Of a stretch of 20,000 bases of DNA, positions 7,422 to 16,030 are shown one piece after another. Source of the stretch: an uncultured virus (IMG/VR IMGVR_UViG_3300028173_000001) (taxonomy: Duplodnaviria; Heunggongvirae; Uroviricota; Caudoviricetes). Both the position numbers and the translations under genes were made by a program. Positions within the stretch are counted from its first letter, which is position 1. Every line of letters begins with the position of its first letter. A model generated the notes under the pieces. It was not told the origin of the DNA. It worked only from the letters and a program-made list of their open reading frames with translations, and did no database searches. The stretch lies in IMG/VR virus record IMGVR_UViG_3300028173_000001; one strand, 5' to 3'.

Positions 7422-10400
7422 ATGGCTGAGCAAACATTTCGATCTCCTGGATTTTTCGACCAGGAAATAGACCTATCAGGTCAGCAGGTTGCGCCAACGG
7501 GTGTGCCAGCCGGTGTTGTCGGCACATCTGAGAAAGGACCGGCATTCGTTCCGGTTACTGTCGGATCTTTCGCTGATTTCGAAACAAAATTTGGAACACT
7601 CAACGCAAAGCGGTTTGGTCCATATGCTGTTAAGCAGTGGCTTGACAATAGGACAGCACTTACATATGTGAGATTACTCGGTGCCGGTGCAAATGAGACT
7701 GCGACCGATATTTCAAACACCCGCGGGTCAGGAATTGTCAAGAATGCAGGATTTAGAATTACAGGCAGCGATTCGTTGAATACTGATTTGCCTGGCAGTC
7801 AAGGGCTTGTCCAGTTCATCGTCGCGCGGCATGATGCTGTTGCAAACGATGAAACAAATGGCTACCCGATGTTTACTGACAATAGCAGCATCAACAATGC
7901 ATCGTCTATGAACCTCGTCCGGGGCGCAGTTTTGCTCGCCACTGGCACAAGAATGATGGCGCTAGACAATACAGGAACCTACGCTGATCAGTCTGCGCCC
8001 GGGTACAACTCGGCACTCGTCGGTTCAATTCCATCCAGCCCATTGACACAAAACAAATATTTCAAACTGATTCTTAGCTCTTCGTCTGGAAAAGACTGGG
8101 CGTATGATGAAGGCTATGACGGAATCAAAATTCTGACCGCCTCACTCGATCCCCACGACGCGAACTACATCGGCAAGGTCCTGAACACAGATCCACTCAA
8201 GTTCCAAGAGGAAGAGCATCTGCTTTACCTCGATTTCGCAGTCGAGCATGCACTTGCTCCTGTGATTTCAAGTGTTGTACCAACTGTCGCGTTGGTTTCA
8301 GGTTCAGCGAACAAAAGCACATCCGCCGGAACTCCGGTCGGGTTTATGCAGCTATTCGGTCGATATGATACACGATACCAGACTCCACGAACAACGAATT
8401 TCATCTCACAGCCATATGGTGATGCTGAGTATGACTTGTTCAGTTTTGAAACAATTGACGATGGTGTTTACGCCAACGAAAAATTCAAGGTTTCGATTGC
8501 AGGTCTGCGAGCAAGCACAAACGAAAAACAACCATACGGTTTGTTCGAGGTGCAAATCAGATCATTCGAGGACAGCGACGGCAATTCAGCAATTCTGGAA
8601 AGGTACCCGAACTGCTCACTTGGCCCGAACTCTGAGCGATACGTTGCACGCCTCATTGGCGACAAAAAGGTTCGATTTGATTGGGACCAGGAATCACCAG
8701 ATGAGCGCCGCCTAGTTGTAACAGGAAAATACCCGAACGTTTCGCAGCGTGTTCGGATCGTAATGAATGAGCAGGTTGAGTTGGAGAAGGTTCCAAAAAC
8801 TTCGTTGCCATTCGGTTTCCGGGGAGTTCCGGTCATCAAGACGACTGATACGCTGACTGATAGCTCAACGGCACTTACAGGTCTCAACGGAGAAACAATT
8901 GGTGATGTAACAAGGCGTCGCCTTGGTGTTTACCATACATCAGGCACATCAGTTATGGCCACCACCGGTTCTATCGTACCTCCTCTTCCTTTCCGAGTGA
9001 AAGTGACGAAGGGTGCAGTCCAGGGTATAAGCCCAACATTCCTAGGCGATCCTGGCAGCACAGAACGTGTTGACGGTCGACTATACTGGGGCGTCAAAAC
9101 TGATCCGCTGCCTGTTTCATCAAGCAACGATTCGACACTCGGTATCACTGATGCGGTCCTTCGTTCAAATGAAGGTGCAGGAATCAACCCACTTGTTAGA
9201 ACATACACGAAGTTCCAGGGTATCTCGAAGATGGACAGTTTGGTAACCGGTTCCGGTGCAGACTTCTTCAACGATAACAAATTCACCTTGGCACGAGTGG
9301 CCCTATATAATGCCGCAACACAGCTTTCTGATGTCACGACGCAAGTCACCGGCACAGCCCGAGAGCACATGCTCCAAGCTGCATACGTACGAAATGGTCG
9401 TCCGAACCCATCCACATACACCGTTACTGACGGTGCACGGACAGGACGAATCACCATGGCGTCGTTGATCGCAACATCATCGGCACTGTTCAATCGCTTC
9501 ACCGAGTACCACAAGTTCACAAACGTGTTCTACGGTGGATTTGACGGAACGAACATCCTTGATGAAGACCAAGGATACTTCCGTGACAAAGCATTGTCAT
9601 CTGACACAGGCGGTAAAGCACAACCAACACCCGGAGCCGCAGACAGAATTGGTCTTGCACTAATCGGAACTGCTAACCAGGCGGGCGGCGGACGACTCAA
9701 CAACAATGTTGCATCGATTCGAACCGCTGTGGACATCATCACAAACCCAATCTCATCAAGGATCAACCTGTTGGCAATCCCTGGTGTGAGAGAGCCATTC
9801 GTAACCGACCATGCTTCAGATGCGGTCAAGAAATACGGTCTTGCATTGTATGTTATGGATGCTGTGGAATTCGACAAGAGCTCGAACCGATTGTACGACG
9901 ACTCTGAAGCAAATTCTGATGTCACAAAGACAATTGACCAGTTCGAAACACGTGCGATTGATAACAACTACGTCGCGACATACTTCCCAGATGTTACAAT
10001 CGAGGACAAGGTGAATAACCGGGTCGTTCAGGTTCCACCGTCTGTTGCCGCAATGGGCGCACTAGGTTTCAACGACCGTGTCCAGCAGGTTTGGTTTGCT
10101 CCGGCAGGCTTCAACCGTGGAGCGCTAGGCTTCGTGAAAAACGTTGAGAATAGGTTGTCAGCAAAGGATAGGGATTCTCTATACGATGCTAAAATCAACC
10201 CAATCGCAACGTTCCCACGATCAGGCTACGTAATCTTCGGCCAGAAAACGCTACAGGTTGCACAAACGGCACTAAACAGAATCAACACAAGAAGGATGTT
10301 GATTGACGTAAAGCGAAGGATTCGTTCTATCGCGCAAGGTCTTGCATTCGAACAGAATGATGCGACAACTCGAAAGAAGTTCTCTGCTGATTCAATCCGT

Positions 10401-10589
10401 GAGCTGACATACGTTCAAGCCCGACAGGGAATCGAAGCATTCCAGGTTATTTGTGATGAAAGCAATAACACAAAGGCGGAAATTGACCAGAACAAACTTC
10501 GTGGTCAAATCAAAGTGAAGCCCACCCGAGCGATTGAGTTCATCTCGGTTGACTTCATTATTACAAACAATGGCGTAAGTTTTGAATAA
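7422..10589 (+). CDS. gp18: Contractile tail sheath protein 1 (1055 aa)
   Basis: N-terminal SPGFFDQEIDLS...GVVGTSEKGPAFVPV; C-terminal WFAPAGFNRG, RDSLYDAKINPI, IFGQKTL, LNRINTRRML, KPTRAIEFISVDFII; SD AAGGAG. Confidence 0.95.
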   Translation: MAEQTFRSPGFFDQEIDLSGQQVAPTGVPAGVVGTSEKGPAFVPVTVGSFADFETKFGTLNAKRFGPYAVKQWLDNRTALTYVRLLGAGANETATDISNTRGSGIVKNAGFRITGSDSLNTDLPGSQGLVQFIVARHDAVANDETNGYPMFTDNSSINNASSMNLVRGAVLLATGTRMMALDNTGTYADQSAPGYNSALVGSIPSSPLTQNKYFKLILSSSSGKDWAYDEGYDGIKILTASLDPHDANYIGKVLNTDPLKFQEEEHLLYLDFAVEHALAPVISSVVPTVALVSGSANKSTSAGTPVGFMQLFGRYDTRYQTPRTTNFISQPYGDAEYDLFSFETIDDGVYANEKFKVSIAGLRASTNEKQPYGLFEVQIRSFEDSDGNSAILERYPNCSLGPNSERYVARLIGDKKVRFDWDQESPDERRLVVTGKYPNVSQRVRIVMNEQVELEKVPKTSLPFGFRGVPVIKTTDTLTDSSTALTGLNGETIGDVTRRRLGVYHTSGTSVMATTGSIVPPLPFRVKVTKGAVQGISPTFLGDPGSTERVDGRLYWGVKTDPLPVSSSNDSTLGITDAVLRSNEGAGINPLVRTYTKFQGISKMDSLVTGSGADFFNDNKFTLARVALYNAATQLSDVTTQVTGTAREHMLQAAYVRNGRPNPSTYTVTDGARTGRITMASLIATSSALFNRFTEYHKFTNVFYGGFDGTNILDEDQGYFRDKALSSDTGGKAQPTPGAADRIGLALIGTANQAGGGRLNNNVASIRTAVDIITNPISSRINLLAIPGVREPFVTDHASDAVKKYGLALYVMDAVEFDKSSNRLYDDSEANSDVTKTIDQFETRAIDNNYVATYFPDVTIEDKVNNRVVQVPPSVAAMGALGFNDRVQQVWFAPAGFNRGALGFVKNVENRLSAKDRDSLYDAKINPIATFPRSGYVIFGQKTLQVAQTALNRINTRRMLIDVKRRIRSIAQGLAFEQNDATTRKKFSADSIRELTYVQARQGIEAFQVICDESNNTKAEIDQNKLRGQIKVKPTRAIEFISVDFIITNNGVSFE

Positions 10590-10615
10590 GACGATACGTA
10601 AAGGTAGGAGATAAA

Positions 10616-13600
10616 ATGGCAGAATTCACTTTTCCAGTTAGTCCGGGCGTAGTGGCGAATGAAATTGACCTTTCAGGACCCACACAGGTTTCTCCCTCTG
10701 GAATTCCTGCAGGTGTTGTAGGAACGTCAGTACGAGGTCCTGCTTTCGTCCCAGTGACTATGGCAACATTTCAAGACTTTATTTCAACGTTCGGGAATAG
10801 CGACGGCACAAAATTTGGACCGATTGCAATGCGTGAATGGTTGAGGAACGCCGATTCGGGTGTATTCGTTCGTGTTCTTGGTGCCGGTGACGGTTCTGCA
10901 AGGCTCTCGACGGGTAACAACCAGGGCAAGGTAACCAACGCAGGATTTGTTGTTGGTGATAGGCTTGTCCAGTCAAACGGGCTCGTCGGCGATAACTCAT
11001 ATTCAGGTGCTGAAAACTTACCAGGTGGAGCGCTCGGCCGTTCATACATGCTGGCAGCTATCATGTCTGAGTCAAACGGTTCAACATACCTTAGCGACGC
11101 TGGCATCCAGAAGAACGTCAACGCAACTCCGATTCTCCGTGGTATGCTAATGGCACCTTCTGGTGTTATCCCGGCATTGAGTCACTCACTTGACCTTGCT
11201 GGTAACATGGCTCCGGCTGCAAACGAAGCCGCTTATCCATCATTTGGCGGATCAGGTGTCGGTAATGCTGGCGGAAACATTGGTAGCGTCGATGTTAGTA
11301 ACTCGAAGCAGGAGTTCGTTCTCCTATTCAACGGTCACAAAAATAACGCAACATACAAGAATGTTGTTACGGCATCATTCGACCCCAGCGTTCCAAACTA
11401 CTTCGTAAACGTGCTCAACACAGACCCATTGAAAATCGAAGATGCTGGGCATTATCTATATACGCACTACGATATCGATCCAGCACTTGCTGTTGCGACC
11501 GGTACAAGCGTGATCAACCCAACAGTCTGGTTCACAAATCTTGAGCCAGTTGCTTTGCTTTTGACTTCGACACTCAACCGGGACGTAGGTTCTGCAACAT
11601 CGGCAACAACCGTTGGTGTACCTAACTTCGAGAACTTCGAGGACAGGTTTGAGGCGGCATTCAGTCCATTCGTCGTATCACAGAAATTCGGTGGCGCAAA
11701 CAAGGATTTGTTCAGACTAACAACATTGTCTGACGGTCTCATCGGTGCAGGCGAAGTCAAGGTCACGATTGAAAACATCGCGGCTTCATCAAAGGCGAAT
11801 AATAAGTACGGCACTTTCGATGTGTTGATTCGACGCTTCACAGACAACGATTTGAACCCAGCAGTTCTGGAATCATTCAGAGGCTTGAGTTTGGATCCGT
11901 CGTCTGACAACTACATTGCAAAGCGAATCGGTGACCAGCGAACATACTTCGACTTCGAAGCAGCAACTGGAAACCAGAAGATCGTTGTCGAAGGTGATTA
12001 CCCAAGCGTTTCAAACTACGTCCGAGTGACGTTGAGTAGCGACTTGAAGAATGATCGATTGGACCCAACGGCATTGCCAACAGGTTTCCGTGGAATTCAT
12101 CACTTGATTACGTCAGGCACAACAATCGCAGGAACAGCAGGCTCAATCCTAACAGGAAGCTTTGCCACATTGCGAGGTTCGATGTCAGCCAGCATTTCAT
12201 CTGATCTGCTCAAACGGGTTGTTCAGCCTCCTATCCCAATGCGTGAGTCGATCTCTACCGGTGCTTCACCAAAGAAAAACGTCCAGCAGTCATTCACATG
12301 GGGAATCCAATTCGAAACGAAGACAAGCGTTTCACTTCCTAACAAGAATGAAAAACTGGATGCATCGTTGCTATCCTTCACAAGGTATTACCCGAAATTC
12401 CACACAAGTTGGCAGAACCCACTAGTCGGTGATAATGCTGGAGCTGCTGACGTGGGCGGAACGATTTTCGACGCTGACCGTTTCAACAACAACTTCTTCT
12501 CTCTTGAGAGGGTGCAGGTTATTACTGGATCGAATGACAGGCCAGACCCACAACAGTGGGCAGCTGCTTCGTATCGCCGAAATGGAACGCAGGCATCATC
12601 GCTTGATGACCGTGACGGAACTTCGAAGACCAACGTTCGATTCTTGGATTCAACTAAGGATTTTGCGCACATTCCAAGCCAGAAATACTTGAAGTTCACA
12701 TTCCCACTCCAGGGCGGATATGACGGAACCAACGTATTTGACTCTGAGAAATCGAAATTCACCGATACGGCTGTTCGTCGTGAGATGGATGACTCGACTT
12801 TGCAGGGCGGCAAGAACGGACCAACCGTTGCAGCGTTGCGAAAAGCAGTCGACGTGATGGAAGCAAAACAGGATGTTGACATTCAGTTGTTGGCAATCCC
12901 TGGACTTCGTCACTCATCTGTTACAGACTACGCAATCGAATCAGTCGAACGACGATTTGATGCATTGTATGTCATGGACATCGAGGAAAAGGACGAAGTT
13001 AACACGTTCGTGACATCATCAGCTCAGGTAATCAGCGTGACGAACACGGTCAACGCTTTCCAATCGAGGGCTTTGGATTCATCGTTTGCGGCAGCATACT
13101 TCCCAGACGTGGTAATTCAGGATGTTGCAACCAAGACGAATGTGAAAGCACCGTCTTCGGCTGTTGTTCTTGGTGCCATGGCACTGAATGATGCAATTGG
13201 TCATCCTTGGTTCGCACCTGCAGGCTTCTCACGAGGTGCTTTGCAGAGTGCATTGTATCCAACGGTTGAGCTTCTACAGGCAAATCGTGATGCACTTTAC
13301 AGCGCTGATGTCAACCCAATCATCGGTGACGTCCAGGCAAATTCCGGAGTAACCGTATTCGGCCAGAAAACATTGCTTGCAGCACAGAGCGCTCTCGACC
13401 GTGTGAACGTACGACGTTTGCTAATCGACATTCGTAGAAAGGTCAGAGATGTGGCACGAACATTCTTGTTTGAGCCAAACCAGGCATCTACAATCGCATC
13501 ATTTGAAGCGAGGGTACAACCGATCTTGGCAGCCGTCCAGTCACAAGGTGGGTTGGATAGATTCAAGGTCAAGATTGACGCGTCGACAACGACACAGGCT

Positions 13601-13699
13601 GACATTGAGAATAACACCATCCGCGGTAAAATCTTCTTACAGCCAACAAAATCAATCGAGTTCGTCTCGCTTGACTTCGTGGTAAGCAACAATATCTAG
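10616..13699 (+). CDS. gp18: Contractile tail sheath protein 2 (1027 aa), paralogue of the preceding gene
   Basis: SPGVVANEIDLS...GPAFVPV; PWFAPAGFSRG, RDALYSADVNPI, FGQKTL, LDRVNVRRLL, FLFEPN, QPTKSIEFVSLDF; SD AGGAG. Confidence 0.95.
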   Translation: MAEFTFPVSPGVVANEIDLSGPTQVSPSGIPAGVVGTSVRGPAFVPVTMATFQDFISTFGNSDGTKFGPIAMREWLRNADSGVFVRVLGAGDGSARLSTGNNQGKVTNAGFVVGDRLVQSNGLVGDNSYSGAENLPGGALGRSYMLAAIMSESNGSTYLSDAGIQKNVNATPILRGMLMAPSGVIPALSHSLDLAGNMAPAANEAAYPSFGGSGVGNAGGNIGSVDVSNSKQEFVLLFNGHKNNATYKNVVTASFDPSVPNYFVNVLNTDPLKIEDAGHYLYTHYDIDPALAVATGTSVINPTVWFTNLEPVALLLTSTLNRDVGSATSATTVGVPNFENFEDRFEAAFSPFVVSQKFGGANKDLFRLTTLSDGLIGAGEVKVTIENIAASSKANNKYGTFDVLIRRFTDNDLNPAVLESFRGLSLDPSSDNYIAKRIGDQRTYFDFEAATGNQKIVVEGDYPSVSNYVRVTLSSDLKNDRLDPTALPTGFRGIHHLITSGTTIAGTAGSILTGSFATLRGSMSASISSDLLKRVVQPPIPMRESISTGASPKKNVQQSFTWGIQFETKTSVSLPNKNEKLDASLLSFTRYYPKFHTSWQNPLVGDNAGAADVGGTIFDADRFNNNFFSLERVQVITGSNDRPDPQQWAAASYRRNGTQASSLDDRDGTSKTNVRFLDSTKDFAHIPSQKYLKFTFPLQGGYDGTNVFDSEKSKFTDTAVRREMDDSTLQGGKNGPTVAALRKAVDVMEAKQDVDIQLLAIPGLRHSSVTDYAIESVERRFDALYVMDIEEKDEVNTFVTSSAQVISVTNTVNAFQSRALDSSFAAAYFPDVVIQDVATKTNVKAPSSAVVLGAMALNDAIGHPWFAPAGFSRGALQSALYPTVELLQANRDALYSADVNPIIGDVQANSGVTVFGQKTLLAAQSALDRVNVRRLLIDIRRKVRDVARTFLFEPNQASTIASFEARVQPILAAVQSQGGLDRFKVKIDASTTTQADIENNTIRGKIFLQPTKSIEFVSLDFVVSNNI

Positions 13700-13708
13700 G
13701 AATAGCAC

Positions 13709-13966
13709 GTGAAAATTACAAAAAAACAATTACGAAGACTTATCAATGAAGAGAAGATCCTCTCAGAGATGAACGCGGACGGCACGGTTTCTGATGATGA
13801 GGACCAGGAGCGCGACGACCTTATGGCAAACGTTGAAAGAGAGATTGACTCACTGATCAGGTATATCGACGATGAGGCTGAACGTATCGGCGGCGGTTTT
13901 AGAGCACCAGGAATCAAATATCAGGCGATGAAGGTACTCAATAGAAAAGTACAAAGGTGGATGTAA
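13709..13966 (+). CDS. Small acidic protein with MKITKKQLRRLINEE leader; putative head-internal protein
   Basis: GTG start with GGA upstream; leader shared with ORFs at 143 and 13970. Confidence 0.75.
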   Translation: MKITKKQLRRLINEEKILSEMNADGTVSDDEDQERDDLMANVEREIDSLIRYIDDEAERIGGGFRAPGIKYQAMKVLNRKVQRWM

Positions 13967-13969
13967 CCC

Positions 13970-14488
13970 ATGAAAATCACACGACGACAAATTAGAAACT
14001 TGATTCGAGAAAGCACACCATGGCGTGCCAAACCAGTAGGAAAGGTAGTAAAACCAGGCGATATTGTTACAACGGAGATCTTTGGTAAAACAAGGAAAGG
14101 CACTGTCAAGAAAATGCACAAAATGGGTGACATGGCCGACGTAGATTTTGGAAACGGAGACGTTTATGGGATCATGACGAATCGACTGGCACCTTCGAAA
14201 CAGGTCAATGAACAAAATTATGGTCGCGATCAGAATTATGGTTACTCACCGACAGGCAGAAAGCCCCGCAAACGAAGCTATAACCAAGCAGGTCCCGCAT
14301 CAATGTCTGCTGCAAAATCGTTGAGGGCAAAATTCAAGCGCCGATACCCAGATGCAGAAATAAAAATTGACGGCAGAAACGGGTGGATCATTGTAAACGG
14401 CAGAAAGGTCGTCAACATGGGTGCCAACGGAAGTAGCAATTACGACGAGATGGCAGAAAAAATGGAAGCTGTGTTGTCGGGATTCTAG
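13970..14488 (+). CDS. Basic two-module protein with MKITRRQIRNLIRES leader and SH3/KOW/Tudor-like first module
   Basis: Shared leader; VKPGDIV...RKGTVKK...ADVDFGNG beta-barrel-like pattern. Confidence 0.7.
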   Translation: MKITRRQIRNLIRESTPWRAKPVGKVVKPGDIVTTEIFGKTRKGTVKKMHKMGDMADVDFGNGDVYGIMTNRLAPSKQVNEQNYGRDQNYGYSPTGRKPRKRSYNQAGPASMSAAKSLRAKFKRRYPDAEIKIDGRNGWIIVNGRKVVNMGANGSSNYDEMAEKMEAVLSGF

Positions 14489-14495
14489 GTTTACC

Positions 14496-14502
14496 ATACT
14501 TA
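14496..14502 (+). promoter_or_regulatory. Candidate late promoter motif ATACTTA
   Basis: Upstream of tail tube. Confidence 0.55.
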
Positions 14503-14542
14503 GACCTGTAACATAACGAAGCCTCAGTCTTAGGAGATTAAA

Positions 14543-15031
14543 ATGGCAGAAACACTATCAGTAACGGACATGCTTCCGAATAAATTTGAGCCAAAACGTC
14601 AGTTTAGGTGGGTCCTTGCTGTTGAAGGCATCGACGCCTTCATTGTGAAGACTGCCTCGCGACCAAACATTGCGATTGAAGAGCTGGAAATTCCGTATAT
14701 CAATCACAAACGATATGTGGCAGGCAAGGCAACATTCGAAACACTATCGATTACGCTTCACGACCCAATTGCTCCATCCGGCGCTCAGCAGGTTATGGAA
14801 TGGATTCGAACACACTTCGAGTCGGTCTCAGGTCGAGCAGGCTACGCAGACTTCTACAAGCGCGACATTCAGTTGAAGATGCTTGATCCGGTCGGTACAG
14901 TCGTTGAATTGTGGGATATCCGTGGTGCATTCTTGACAGCGGCTGATTTCGGTGCACTAGATTACAGCACGTCAGACGCATCAGAGATTGCACTCACGGT
15001 CAGGTATGACAACGCCGTGCTTCAATTTTGA
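14543..15031 (+). CDS. gp19: Tail tube protein, T4 gp19-like
   Basis: 162 aa; FEPKRQFRW, TASRP, IPYIN..RYVAGK, ITLHDPI, YKRDIQLKMLDPVG.VVE.W...GAF, FGALDY, LTVRYD; SD AGGAG; downstream of sheaths. Confidence 0.92.
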   Translation: MAETLSVTDMLPNKFEPKRQFRWVLAVEGIDAFIVKTASRPNIAIEELEIPYINHKRYVAGKATFETLSITLHDPIAPSGAQQVMEWIRTHFESVSGRAGYADFYKRDIQLKMLDPVGTVVELWDIRGAFLTAADFGALDYSTSDASEIALTVRYDNAVLQF

Positions 15032-15053
15032 TGTAACGTTACGATAACGAGGT

Positions 15054-15081
15054 TTTACATAGTCCCTCCCATTGATATACT
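15054..15081 (+). promoter_or_regulatory. Sigma70-like promoter for HNH gene (TTTACA-N16-TATACT)
   Basis: -35 at 15054-15059, -10 at 15076-15081, inside the hairpin described next. Confidence 0.55.
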
Positions 15082-15108
15082 AGTGTCATAGGGAGGGACT
15101 ATGTTTTT
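15057..15108 (+). terminator. Long hairpin plus U-tract; candidate intrinsic terminator of tail-tube mRNA that also sequesters the HNH SD and start codon
   Basis: Perfect 14-bp inverted repeat ACATAGTCCCTCCC (15057-15070) / GGGAGGGACTATGT (15091-15104), followed by TTTT. Confidence 0.7.
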
Positions 15109-15904
15109 ATGTCCAAGTTGTAATTACAAAACTGAAAAAATTAACTCATTGCGTATTCATGCACAAAAAGCGCATAAGCTTTCAAGCGAGGCAATATATC
15201 TGGCTGCAGTTGTCAAGCATAAACAGCCTACGTGTGCTTGTGGTTGCATGTCAAAGACAAAATTCCATGGAATCACAAAAGGATATTCAAAGTTTTGCCC
15301 AGGTCATCAAGCGCGTATCAAAAATAACTGGGGCCACAATGAAAACGCACAAAAGAAAAGCCAGGCTTCCCGGCGGGAAATGTTGAAATCTGGAGAAATG
15401 ATTGTCTGGAATAAAGGGATAACGAAGCATGATGATGAAAGACTCCGCATTGCCGGAAGATCGGTCGCAAAAACATGGACAACCGAAAAACGAGAAAAGT
15501 ATAGCAAAATAATGTCAAAAAATAGATTGGCCGGTATTATTCCATCTTTGACAGGATCAGAACACCCGCAATGGAAAGGCGGAACGTCAACAATCGGTGC
15601 TCTTTGCCATTCAAATAACCGACTATACAGCGAATGGAAATTTCCAAAGCTCGCCGCAGCAAAATTCAAGTGTGAAAGATGCTCAAGCACAACAAAATTG
15701 CACATCCATCATGATAAAGAAAAAATGGCAGCGATAATCAAGAAGTTCCGCAGTGACGTTGATTGTCATGTCTTGACACCAGAACAAAATAGAATAATCG
15801 TTGAAAAAGTGATTGATTACCACACGTCACAAAATGTATCCGGAATCGTTCTATGTAAGATTTGCCACGGGCACGAACATCCATCTTTGAACTTTGACAA
15901 CTAG
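15101..15904 (+). CDS. Free-standing HNH homing endonuclease with C2H2 zinc finger and NUMOD3-like DNA-binding motifs
   Basis: CPSC...IHAQKAH finger; CACGC...FCPGH; WNKG and HPQWKGG motifs; C-terminal CERC...LHIHH...N..GIVLCKICHGHEH; more AT-rich than flanking structural genes. Confidence 0.85.
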   Translation: MFLCPSCNYKTEKINSLRIHAQKAHKLSSEAIYLAAVVKHKQPTCACGCMSKTKFHGITKGYSKFCPGHQARIKNNWGHNENAQKKSQASRREMLKSGEMIVWNKGITKHDDERLRIAGRSVAKTWTTEKREKYSKIMSKNRLAGIIPSLTGSEHPQWKGGTSTIGALCHSNNRLYSEWKFPKLAAAKFKCERCSSTTKLHIHHDKEKMAAIIKKFRSDVDCHVLTPEQNRIIVEKVIDYHTSQNVSGIVLCKICHGHEHPSLNFDN

Positions 15905-16018
15905 CTCAATCATGTCAATCACCTAACAGTCCCACCTCATCCCGTGTGCTTCCCGAATCATTTCAATACATACTACATACACATTGGTGATTGATACGTC
16001 CAGAACCCATCCTGCACG

Positions 16019-16025
16019 ATAATTA
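16019..16025 (+). promoter_or_regulatory. Candidate late promoter motif ATAATTA
   Basis: 5 nt before ATG 16031. Confidence 0.45.
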
Positions 16026-16030
16026 GTAAT

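Noticed and set aside
13697..13972. Sheath 2, the 85-aa ORF and the 172-aa ORF are all in one frame, separated by TAG-GAA-TAG and TAA: possible stop-codon recoding or readthrough
   Set aside because: Sheath 2 ends at the canonical sheath C-terminus, long genes are uninterrupted in code 11, and each downstream ORF begins with its own MKIT leader. No evidence for TAG reassignment.
7422..15031. Extracellular contractile injection system or tailocin, suggested by multiple sheaths
   Set aside because: Neck/head-completion genes, a long tape measure, a homing endonuclease and phage-like accessory genes indicate a DNA-packaging phage.
15928..15940. AGTCCCACCTCAT resembles AGTCCCTCCCATT upstream of HNH: possible target-site duplication
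   Set aside because: Only 6 bp match exactly; compatible with chance.
15032..16030. Group I intron carrying the HNH ORF
   Set aside because: The tube gene is complete with its own stop, the downstream gene has its own start, and no intron core elements were recognisable in the short flanks.
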